Notes under the pieces: generated by a model
The model's input: the letters and a program-made list of their open reading frames with translations, nothing else
The model's database searches: none
What the model was told of the DNA's origin: nothing
In this document: piece by piece, positions 53,990 to 64,000 of the stretch
Position numbering within the stretch: position 1 is the first letter of the stretch
Layout: every line of letters begins with the position of its first letter
NCBI GenBank assembly: GCA_043228905.1
Contig: JBHGNT010000007.1
Coordinates: 2,294,001 to 2,358,000 of the forward strand
Source of the DNA: Azolla caroliniana
Lineage: Eukaryota; Plantae; Polypodiophyta
Direction of reading: 5' to 3'
DNA length: 64,000 bases
Made by a program: the position numbers and the translations under genes

Positions 53990-54185
53990 TAGGGATACAC
54001 CAAATCGAGTCTTTTTAGTCCGGAGTCTCTTCTCGTCCAAAGTGTCGGACACACCAAATGCGGTCTTCTCGTCGTCTCGACACACTTTCCAGATACACCA
54101 AATTGAGCATTTTAGTCGGGAGTGTCTTCTAGTCTGAAGTGTCAGACACACCACATGCGGTCTTCTTGTTGTCTCAGCGCACTTT
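53990..54185. repeat. Short imperfect repeats, ~50/100-bp period
   Basis: 'ga(c/t)acacca(a/c)at(g)cg..tctt' recurs 4 times; the ~98-bp double unit occurs twice. Confidence 0.65.
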
Positions 54186-54439
54186 CGTGTGCGCGCTTGT
54201 GTGCAGAAACAAGAGTGCCTTAGATTAGAGCTCTTCTCAACATCTTTTGTGTTTGTCCTTACTATGGTGATTGTGCTTTTGATTCAGGCAAAATATAGCC
54301 AAACCTTTTTTATCGTAAGAGAAGAATCTCAATAACAAGAAATCAGATTTCCATAACAAGAGAGTTGTACCAAGATTTCAAAGATGTGGGAAAATCCTTG
54401 ACCCCGTAGACACAAGAATACCAATAAGCAAAAAGAAGT

Positions 54440-55560
54440 GACCCCATATGTGGCGATTCTAACTCCAAAAGCACGAATATCGTTGACCACAAACATTGTA
54501 CTTGTGGAAGTTATCATGATTCACATCACTATCTTGCAATCCATATCAACTTTTTATATTAATGAAATTTGTCCCTACCAAAGTCGGATGTGGGATGCAA
54601 ACTGGAATTACATGCACTCATATGTCAAATTTGGAGCACTGATGGGAACTCCAAAATGATAGGATTAAGATGAGCCTAAAGTAAGAGATGAAGAGGACCC
54701 ACTCACATGGATCTCTCTTAAGGATTCTAGCAAATTGCAAAGTCATTCTCTTATTTATTGCAACTAAAAACCTATTGCCGTGCCTTATAAGATACAACTC
54801 AAGGATGGGCTTATAGATAATCAATGTCAATCTCGTTTTTTTTTTTGCATTACATCTTGGATATGCTCGATATAATGTGGTACACATGAAGCAAGGAGAA
54901 AATGTCGCAATGGACCTTGTTACAACAATTGCAATATGTGTTCATTACTTTAAGAAGTAGTTTGGCTTACAATTGTTTATGACTAAAGAGGCGAATAGAG
55001 CATGCAATGAGTTTTATGATGTGGTTGGATATATTGTGCACTTGTCGTTTAATCATGATCTGGATGTGAATATCATGGAGGATGAGATGGACACAATTTT
55101 AAGACATCTTCAAAGTCTTTGTTTCGAGAGTATTGACTAGGGGTTTACTGTTGGGATTAACTTTAAAGAGACATGGACTAACAATAGGGGATTGTTTCTT
55201 TGCATTGTTTGAGTGGAAGATAGTACTCGTCATTTCAAACAATGTGTACTTGCCAGTCAAATTTGGGATTACATTTCTCAGATTTGGGCAAGCTTTTGTC
55301 ACATTGTTATTTGATATCAAGAATCAAGATTGTGGACCTTTGTACAATTCACATAACTCAACCCAATATCAAAGATGGATATCATTTTCCACATTTTGAG
55401 ATATCAAGGATTACATCATAATTGGGATATGCACAATGCTTTTGATTTGATGGTAGGCAAGGAGTTAGAGTATATTTACGAAAGTTGAAGGCAATATTTA
55501 TTCAACCAAGCTAAAATTCTTTCCTTGGTGGATTGTTTGCCATGCATATTGACAATTCAA
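54440..55560 (+). mobile_element. Degenerate LINE fragment, same family as the old LINE at 23.7-28.9 kb
   Basis: At 55140-55290, GLLLGLTLKRHGLTIGDCFF..VEDSTRHFKQC..IWDYISQIW aligns with the reconstructed GLPLGLTLKRLRLGSSKCFFCTIPVEDNTHRFIKC..IWKYLSNIW. Boundaries are approximate. Confidence 0.6.
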
Positions 55561-58477
55561 CATGTTCCACTACCCATGTAACGATGATACCACTCCACTA
55601 TGGTATCGTTATAGTATCATAGTAGTGTTTTTCATGCACAATGATATGATTGCGTGTTTCCAATTAAGAGGATATAAAGCTCAAATTTCACTTATGTAAG
55701 CGAATGGTGTCTCTTGCAAGTTCGTACTTCCCGTCAATATGATCTTATGTTTAAAACAACTATTATTGATGCGAAACAATTACTTAAGTATTAGATATAG
55801 TATAATGAATATTGTTTAGAGAAAATTTTGAAGGGTCTTTGCAATATGTTGTCTCAACCACCCAAAGAAGGTGATACACTTTGTCTCTTTGTTATCTCTT
55901 CCCCTTTCCTAAAGTTCATTCTTGTGGAAAACATTTTCCTCCATGGACATTTAGAGGTAGAAATAAATAATAGTATCTCCACTGAGTTCCAATAGATTAT
56001 GTCACCACTTTGAGTATTACCTTTATAGTACCTTCGTAACAACCCAAGGCTTTGAATAAATAGACTCTTGGCTATAATTCCCTTTGATTTGGTTGGGACC
56101 AATATGCCCTTCAATAGTTCTTAGAATTTTATGCATGGTATTGGCATGTTGGCACAACATTCCCTTCACATGGAAAGAAACCTTTCTAGGGAAGCCAATC
56201 ATATCCTTTGGTGTCATTGAGATACATAGATTGAAAAATTTATTGAGTCCTAGTTCCATGTGATGATATGTTATACACCATATTTTATGCACGAGTCACT
56301 TGAACATAACAAATATGGTGAATATGGGAGAATGTTGACCTCAAAGATTGGTTGAATGTTATCGTCGGGGATGCAAGTGATGAATGAAATTCCTTAACTT
56401 GCATTGGAATATATGATCCAAATGTTTAAACTAACAAACTATCCAAATTGAGATATGCCGAAAGTTCCTAACTAAAAGTAATGTACTCATGGAACGAAAT
56501 GGTTTAATCTTTTGAAGCCCTAAATGAACCATTACCAACTCTCTACTAAATGTATAATATGCATTCACACATAAATCCATTAATTGTTGTCTCAAGTGCC
56601 TTTTTTTCATACAAACTTGTTACAACTTTTACAATTCTACACGATAAAACTTACTACATCTTATTGTCACCATTACTCCTCATTTACTTGCCATTTATTA
56701 CCTCAAAGTACTCAAATTTCCTGTAAGTATTTACTTATTGGTATTCGTTACATTGATTATATGTAAGTCCAAACTGTATAGGCATTCCAATCAAAGAAAC
56801 ATGCCTTGCACATTTATTTTTGTGTTATCTAAATCGGCCATGAATCAATTTGGTGGAGTGTTTGTTTCAACAAAGCAAAAAGATGACGGATACTAAAACT
56901 TAATGTGAAAGCATTGGAGTTGATACATAATATAGGAAACTTTAAACATCTCCAATTAATTGATCTCGCAATTTATTGTGAATAAATCAAATTGGATATT
57001 GCCTTGTTAAAATACTTAAATTACTCCATCTATACGTGATGGTGTGTAGCAAAGATCTTGCGTTAGAACCTTATTTATGGTTATGACCTTTTTCCCGAGT
57101 TAAGTAATAAAGAATACCAATTGATCAATTTCCCAAGTTAAGTTCATTGACAATGGACTTGGTATTGCATTGATTGCTGAACATGTTTGTGTTTTTAGTT
57201 TTGCGGTTTCATTTTATGCACAAAAATTGTCATATTTACGATTGGCGATAGGTAATTTGGTAAGCTGATCACTTGAGCATCGTTAATACACAACCAATAA
57301 GGGACATTGCTGGTGAATTTACCCTTCTCTTCAGTGGACTAACCAAATAACATTATGAGAGATTAAACACATAATATTGTAAGACTTAACAACAAGGGTG
57401 TTTTAACCACTCTATATAATTGGGAGTGTCTAGAACCCTTGCAACCATCAAGCGTTTAATCATGTAAGCCAACCGTTGGAACCCAATGGGACATGAATAG
57501 TTGACAATCATTCCACTAATTTAGAAGGGATGGATCTATGATGTGCAAGTGGCTCTTTAGGTAAAATTAGCCACCAATGAAAAAATGAGGATTTTGTTAT
57601 AACATGAGTTAGTGTGTAAAGAGCATGGGAAGTTGTATTTACAATTTACAAACCATTTCACACCTTCCTAGGGCACATAGACGCACTGTTGAATTTTTTT
57701 CATCTTTTTAGAAGTTATGCTGCTAATACAGTTAACAATACAAGGTCTCCATTCCCCAAGGTGGAACAAACATTTGAATCAATGTTCGAGGCGGGGCTTG
57801 ACTCTCTCAAAGGTGGCATATGACCAAAACCTGCACCCATCACATGAGTCCTTGAAAACTACAAATTGCCTTTTCGTTACATGATAGAAAGTCTGGAATT
57901 CGAAAACTTACCAATGTTGTGATAGTTGGCACATGAGAATATGTACATCAATCAATCATAACCACTCACAACCTTTCAAATAAAATATAGAGTGCAATAA
58001 CATATGAGGATCATCCTCACATTGTGGAAAGAGCACAACCTACCAAATGCCAAGGGTCCGGATAATCTGTTGGAGATTCCGACATAATATGAACATAGAC
58101 GCGCACAAAACTTACACAACACACAAGATAGAGATAGTGGGACACACTACGTTCTCTCGACATTGAACATGCCGTGTAAATGCACCAAGGATAACATCTA
58201 GTCACGATCCAAGTAAATGACCTAGATTTTATTCACGAGATCCACAAGGGTGTCATAGAAATGAATGGACCAAAGTGCGTGTGCACATCTATCCAAAGAA
58301 TGCAGTTGTAGCTGTAGTATGTACATAGAGAGACATGAGAGAGGAAATTACGAGCCATCACAACCTATTTAACGTGAACATGGGTAGAAGATATAACATC
58401 CTCGAGGAAACTGATGGGTGGCACATGATGTCTAGGGGGATGTAAAATACATATGCAAGACAGCCAAAGACGAGGCA

Positions 58478-58953
58478 TTGTCGAGATTTACTAACAATTT
58501 GGAACATAGAGTTGATATGTCGAGTTCTACAACCAAATTGGCACATGGAATCAATATGTCAAGATCTCTACTAACAATTGAATCGGCACATGGAATCGAT
58601 ATGTCCGACTCTACTACCAATTTGGCACATGGAATCGATGTGCCGAGATCTACTAACAATTGGCACATAGATGATAGAGTCGATATGTCCAAATCTACTA
58701 CCAAATTGGCACATGGAATCGATATGTTGTGATCTCTACTACCAAATCGGCACATGGAATCGATATGTCGAGATCTCTACTACCAAATCGGCACATGGAA
58801 TCGATATGTTGAGATTCTCTGCTAACAATGGGCACATAGAGTTGATATGTCTACTAACAATCGGCACATGGAATTGATATGTCAAGATCTCAACTGACAA
58901 TGGGCACATAGAGTTGATATGTCTACTAACAATCGGCGCATGGAATCGATATG
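58478..58953. repeat. Minisatellite, ~12 x ~39 bp
   Basis: Unit approximately 'ctactaccaaattggcacatggaatcgatatgtcgagat'. Confidence 0.9.
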
Positions 58954-59394
58954 GCGGTGCTCATATTCGGACCCCGTGAATGGCACACGATCAATTTCTA
59001 AGCACATAGCATAGCTAGTATAGCTATTTAACTAAAAAAACCACACCACTTCATAGCCTTTCCACATAACCAAATGTAGAGACACCTCCAAAACCCCACC
59101 CATATAACATTACTTGCAAAGAAAGCCAAAAATAGCCATTGATCCTCATCATCATCACATTTTTGAGAAAGTACAAGGCTGCAGACCTCTCTCTCTTCAT
59201 GTTGGGACAGATTTTTATTTAAATGGAGAAATGAGAGCAAAAAGAAAGCTTCATTAAGGGCTATGATTTTTTGGATCACACACAGAAAAATTCAAAAAGC
59301 AGGGCTTGGCTAGCTAGATTGATTGGATTATGTTCTACACAGAAAGACTGATTTTGGTGGGTAAAGTAAGGATTACTTACAGATTTACTAGATG

Positions 59395-60200
59395 CAAATT
59401 AGAGGATAATTGGAAGACATTTAGAGGATGGTTCGATTGCCCATATAGAAGAGCTAATATTAGCGGAAAATTAAGGATACTTATAGAATAATTAGAGTAT
59501 CATTACCGGGTAGTTAGAGGAGGCGATTAGAGGGTAGGAAGTAGGTAGTGAAATGCAACAAGTAGAGGGCTATTAGTGGGTAATTAGACGGTGGTTAAAG
59601 CAATAATAAGAGGGTAATCAGAAGCCATTCAGAGGATAATTAAAGGGCAATCAGAAGATACTCAGAGGATAATTAGAGGGTAATCAGAGGATTTTTCGAG
59701 AGAAATCGGAAGGAAACAGGTGCATTTAGGGAAACCAGACGGTAATTAGAGTAAAGTGAAAAGGTGGTTAGAGGGTGATTAGAGAGCATACTAGAGACTA
59801 ATTAGAGGATGGTTAGAGGAGAATTGGAGGACTATCAGAAGAATGCAGGCAATTAGAGGGTACGCTGAAGATTGTTTAGAGGATAAATAGTGACCAATTA
59901 GATGCTGGTCATGGAGGCTAATTAGGGGGGTGAGTACAGTGTACATTATAGGATAATTACAGGGTTAATTAGAGGATAGTTCAGGGTCAAAATTTAGAGG
60001 AGACATCCAGGTTAGAAAGGTAGTTAAGAGGATAATTACAGGGTAAATTAGAGGATACTGAAGAGCAAAATTTGGGGGAGACATCAGGGGTTAGAGGGTA
60101 GTTAGAGGAAAATTACAGGGAAAATTAAAGGATACTTCAGGGCAGGATTTGGAGGAGACGCGAGGGATTAGAGGGTAGTTAAGAGGATAATTAAGGGGTA
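59395..60200. repeat. Degenerate purine-rich repeat tract with an (A/G)ATTAGAGG core
   Basis: Dozens of ttagagg(g/a)ta variants on the + strand, resolving into ~57-bp units at 59950-60200. Confidence 0.75.
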
Positions 60201-60222
60201 AGCTGGGGGCAAAATTAAGCAT

Positions 60223-60603
60223 CTAATGAAGCGATGGATGCCAAGAGCTAATAACACAGGAATGGTACCAAACCATGGAGAGGATAAGGAAGAGGAAAAA
60301 GACAACACCCCATGGAGGTTGATCTGTGGAGAAATCCATGAAAGAAGGCGAAGAGAAGCCATAATTACCTGCATATATGTCTTCTTTGATTACTTCTGCT
60401 TCTGCTTCTTCTTCCTGTGAATGATTAGAGAGGACTGTGATGGCAAGGAGGAGGGCGATGATGGGCAGGAACACGAGATAAAATGTAGTGAAGAGAGTAG
60501 TAGAGAAATACCAAGGTATGGCTATGGCGCCCACAACAATACATAAGAAGAACAGGGGACCATGTGGCTCTGGCCCATCAGAATTGGCAGAAACCTCCTC
60601 CAT
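60223..60603 (-). CDS. Small intronless membrane protein (126 aa, 2-3 TM; plant 'PWGV..L..LL.MV.Y.S...W' family)
   Basis: MEEVSANSDGPEPHGPLFFLCIVVGAIAIPWYF..FLPIIALLLAI..QPPWGVVFFLFLILSMVWYHSCVISSW. The layout resembles an uncharacterised plant transmembrane family, recalled from memory. The ATG is at 60603; the upstream in-frame extension lies in a tandem repeat. Confidence 0.7.
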   Translation of the reverse strand: MEEVSANSDGPEPHGPLFFLCIVVGAIAIPWYFSTTLFTTFYLVFLPIIALLLAITVLSNHSQEEEAEAEVIKEDIYAGNYGFSSPSFMDFSTDQPPWGVVFFLFLILSMVWYHSCVISSWHPSLH

Positions 60604-60615
60604 TAATCCTGAGCA

Positions 60616-60875
60616 AACCCTAATTTTGTTCAGAACACTTAAAAAGGCTCTCTGATTCAACCTTAGCAAACCCTAATTGTTCAGAACACTTAAAAAGGCT
60701 CTCTGATTCAACCTTAGCAATCCCTAATTGTTCAGAACACTTCAAAAGGCTCTCTGATTCAAGAGCTTGAGGCCCTAACAAACCAACAACCCTAAACCCT
60801 AATTGTTCAGAACACTTAAAAAGGCTCTCTAATTGAAGAGCTTGAGGCCTTAACAAATCAACAACCCTAAACCCC
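60616..60875. repeat. Tandem repeat of ~51-76 bp containing telo-boxes, directly upstream of the small membrane-protein ATG
   Basis: 'aaaccctaattgttcagaacacttaaaaaggctctctgattcaa' occurs about 4 times. Confidence 0.88.
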
Positions 60876-61219
60876 ACACCCCCCCTAAAACTTAAAAACC
60901 CTAAAACTTAAAAACCCTGCAACTAAGAGCCACAAAAGACCTAGTACATATGGGAAGCTCTTCACCCTATTTTACATGTCAAAATAAAAGGTTTCACATT
61001 GTGAAGAGTTAGTTAGTTATATGTAGTTAACACTTTGGTTGGGGTTGGGGTTGGGGTTTAGGTTAGGGTTGGAACTAAGGGGGTTAAATTGATGGGTAGG
61101 CCCAAACCCTAGGTTCAATGGATGCCATGGCATTACCATGTGAATGGATTCTCTCCCTCCTCACCTTTTCACACTGCCACACTCAAAAAACCGTAGCTTC
61201 GAGGCTCCAACACTGTTTC

Positions 61220-61570
61220 ATCGATCCATAGAGACTACTACATTTGAATGATAGATAACATGTGTCGTCGATACATAGACATACTTTGTCTTCACTCTGC
61301 AATCATAGGTGTTTGTCGATTTGAAGACACTACCTATGAATGATAAATAACATGTGTCATCGATCCGTAGACACACTATGCATGTGAACGATAACATGTG
61401 TAGTCCCGTGGACTCAACTTGTTATCGCCCCCATTGACCCCCTCACCTTGGTTTCCTAGACTCGAGACCACTTCATTGAACTGCAAGACGATAACACACG
61501 CCCCCTTGTCTCCCTCCCCTTGAGCTTCTAGCATTTCGCCAAACCCTTGGGTATCACATGTTATAGGTAA
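61220..61570. repeat. Imperfect short repeats
   Basis: Recurring 'gataacatgtgtc.tcgat.c.tagacacta' units. Confidence 0.55.
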
Positions 61571-62649
61571 CACATGTGTCACTTATGTTAAGCTCAAACA
61601 CGCAAAGAAACAAAGATTATTTTTAGCTCTAAAGTTTGAAATCTGAACTTGTGTGAACATTAAATAATTAAGGGTTATCAATGGATATGCTATTGTGCTT
61701 GGAAATCTTCATAATGTTTTGTATACATATGTATATTGGCATTTCACACACTTATAAAAGAAAGATACCGTTTTTTGGCGCCTCTATGTTTCTATTGATT
61801 TTGTTTGGTTAGTTTTTGGTCTTGTGTGATATGAGAGCACTAACCTAGATACTTGAAACTTCTTACATGTTCTGAGTGCTAGATTTGGTGAACACCAAAA
61901 CCTAAAGTTGTCATAGAAGAATAGGTTATGGTTGAACGGAAGACTTGGATAACAAGCATTGTGAGGAGACGATGATCATCATGCAATATGTGAGTGGAAT
62001 GTGAAAATAATGTTGTGTATTGGAGTGAGTAATGCAAACGTTGTCGTTTGTCCGATTTCGACTCTATGGGATGCACAAACAACATGAAATTGACATTGGT
62101 GTGTCTTCTCTTCATTTGAGATTTGTTGAAGGTGTGTACAATGGATAATATCATTGACTCACTCACAAAATCTTAATCCACGGTTCGCTTTTAAAAATTA
62201 CCAACAACTTTTGTGGATCATAGATTCAAGTATGCAACATCATAAAAGCAAAGAATTAGAGCTAGAAGGTGTAATTATGATACACAACAATGTAAATGTG
62301 TTATGTTTGTGTCCGTGAGAAATAATCAAGATGAGATGAGAGGGATATATACACAATCACAAGAGATTGTATTGACAAGGATGGATCGACAATAAAATGA
62401 AACTGGCCAAAAAGAAAACACTCTCTCTAGGACAAGCAACATTAGAGGTAGTGGGATAAAGAATATTCTCCCATTATGTGCATGCCAATTACATACTCTC
62501 CCATTGGATATGACTTACTAGTTACATATTCATCCATATGACATTTTTGTTACAATATTCCATGTTAGCTACAATTTTAATTCTTATGACCACTAAGTAT
62601 GTGTTCATACGTTATCATGTTGAGCTTGTTTTTCAAACCTTATTCTCAA

Positions 62650-62790
62650 TGAATCAATAGGGCAGAAACCAAATTACAAGCTAGGATCGCTTTGAACTGG
62701 TATGTACCAAAAGGTCCTTGGTGAAGATATCAACCATATGTGCATATTCTTTTGTTATGCGCGAACCTTATGTCAATCGATGGTACCATC
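62650..62790 (-). mobile_element. Possible Ty1/copia RNase H remnant
   Basis: The minus strand gives IDIRF..TKE..MVDIFTKDL, resembling the copia ADIFTKxL motif. It is short and degenerate. Confidence 0.35.
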
Positions 62791-64000
62791 ATAGTTTTGC
62801 TTGACCTTCTACTCACATCATGTAACATGAGTATGTCTGTTGGCATTCATAGGTGTTAGGGTCAACAAGATTGGTGTAGTCAAGGTTCTAGGATATGGTG
62901 TAGTGAAGCAACATCATCCCTTCTAAAAATAGAGCTAGGAGTGGGTGGGGAAAAAGGTCATGAACGGTGGGCGATTCATTGTCCTCTTGTGGAGTATATC
63001 ATGAAGAGGGGCAACTTGTCGCTTGCCATCAATGTCATGGCAACAAAGCGTGTCTATAGTCTAAGAGTAGAACATTTGCTTTGTGGCTAAAGAAGTCTTT
63101 AACATTTTCTCTTAGCTTGCTCCAAAATTGATTTTGGTGTTTGTGGTGTTTCGAGGAGCATGGTCATAACCAATGTCGACTCAACATAGATGGACACTAT
63201 TTGGCCCAATGGATGTGGTATTTTTGGAGGTGCTCATGGCGACATCTTGTTATCAATGTAGAGAGGTCATGAGGTCTTTGATCATGATGTTACTCCTTTC
63301 TTGGGGAACACCTTCGATTACTCCTCCTGAGTAATCGGGTTAGGGAATCGTGGTTGTGTAAGGGACTAAGGTAGGGCCGAGTAGGGGCCGAAACGTTACA
63401 CCCTTCATGTTTGGACACTCCGAGAATCGGCTACAACCGATTCATACTCATGACTTACAGAATAGATAACACAATTGGAAATGGAATTGAAAATGAGACT
63501 AGATGGATCCAAAAAGTATACGTAATTGATTATTGAATAGATAATACAATGGTAGTACAAACCGATTAAAATCGGTATCGCTCACTCTCTCAATACAGAT
63601 TTAGATTTCTAGGCTCAATCACTCTGGCTCGAATTAGATATATCTTCTGTATCCCCTTTTGCCCCCTGTTTTCGCCACTTCACGATTTATACAGCTTTCT
63701 CCTTCATCAGCGCGTTCCAACTACTCTCTCCTGTTTCGCGGCCTATGTTTACGGCTGCTTGTATTTCGGTTACTTTTCCCCGCGGCTACTAGTGCATAAC
63801 TTATTTTATCTTTTCACACTTGACCTACTCATCCCCTTTCACACTTTACTTTTACAATCCTTTGAATCACACCTTTGTCTTATTGTCCAACGGTTAACAC
63901 TTGGCTCGCCCGTGGGACAGTGCCTTCCACGTCGAACCCAAAAAAATCAACCAAAGAAATCGACATCGAAAAATTGAAATTATTGCCATCCGAAATGAAA

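Noticed and set aside
58478-58953. CRISPR-like appearance of regularly spaced ~39-bp repeats
   Set aside because: There are no unique spacers or cas genes and the context is eukaryotic; it is a minisatellite.
63340-64000. Possible LTR boundary (…GGGGCCGAAACGTTACA at ~63400)
   Set aside because: No partner LTR, PBS or coding domain is visible within the window.

Overview
Eukaryotic nuclear DNA from a land plant. It is AT-rich with short GT-AG introns; the gene style and density suggest a compact-genome non-seed vascular plant such as a fern, but that is inference only. Seven protein-coding genes are supported: cytosolic asparaginyl-tRNA synthetase (+), a subfamily-A GATA transcription factor (-), a PHF1/SEC12-like WD40 ER-exit factor (+), a RING+PHD finger protein (-), a sucrose-phosphate phosphatase with an unusual N-terminal extension (-), a CLV1/BAM-type LRR receptor kinase (-) and a small membrane protein (-). 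Mobile DNA includes a young 5'-truncated L1-like LINE inserted into an older LINE, a second copy of the old LINE family, and three non-autonomous hAT-like elements with 8-bp target-site duplications (TSDs), one nested inside another. The most notable observations are a perfect 178-bp-arm inverted repeat behind the RING-PHD gene, a 72-nt tRNA-like cloverleaf next to a P1BS site in the PHF1 promoter, a possible plastid transit peptide on SPP, and a phased telo-box array in the RLK intron. All exon and repeat coordinates were read by eye and may be off by a few bases.
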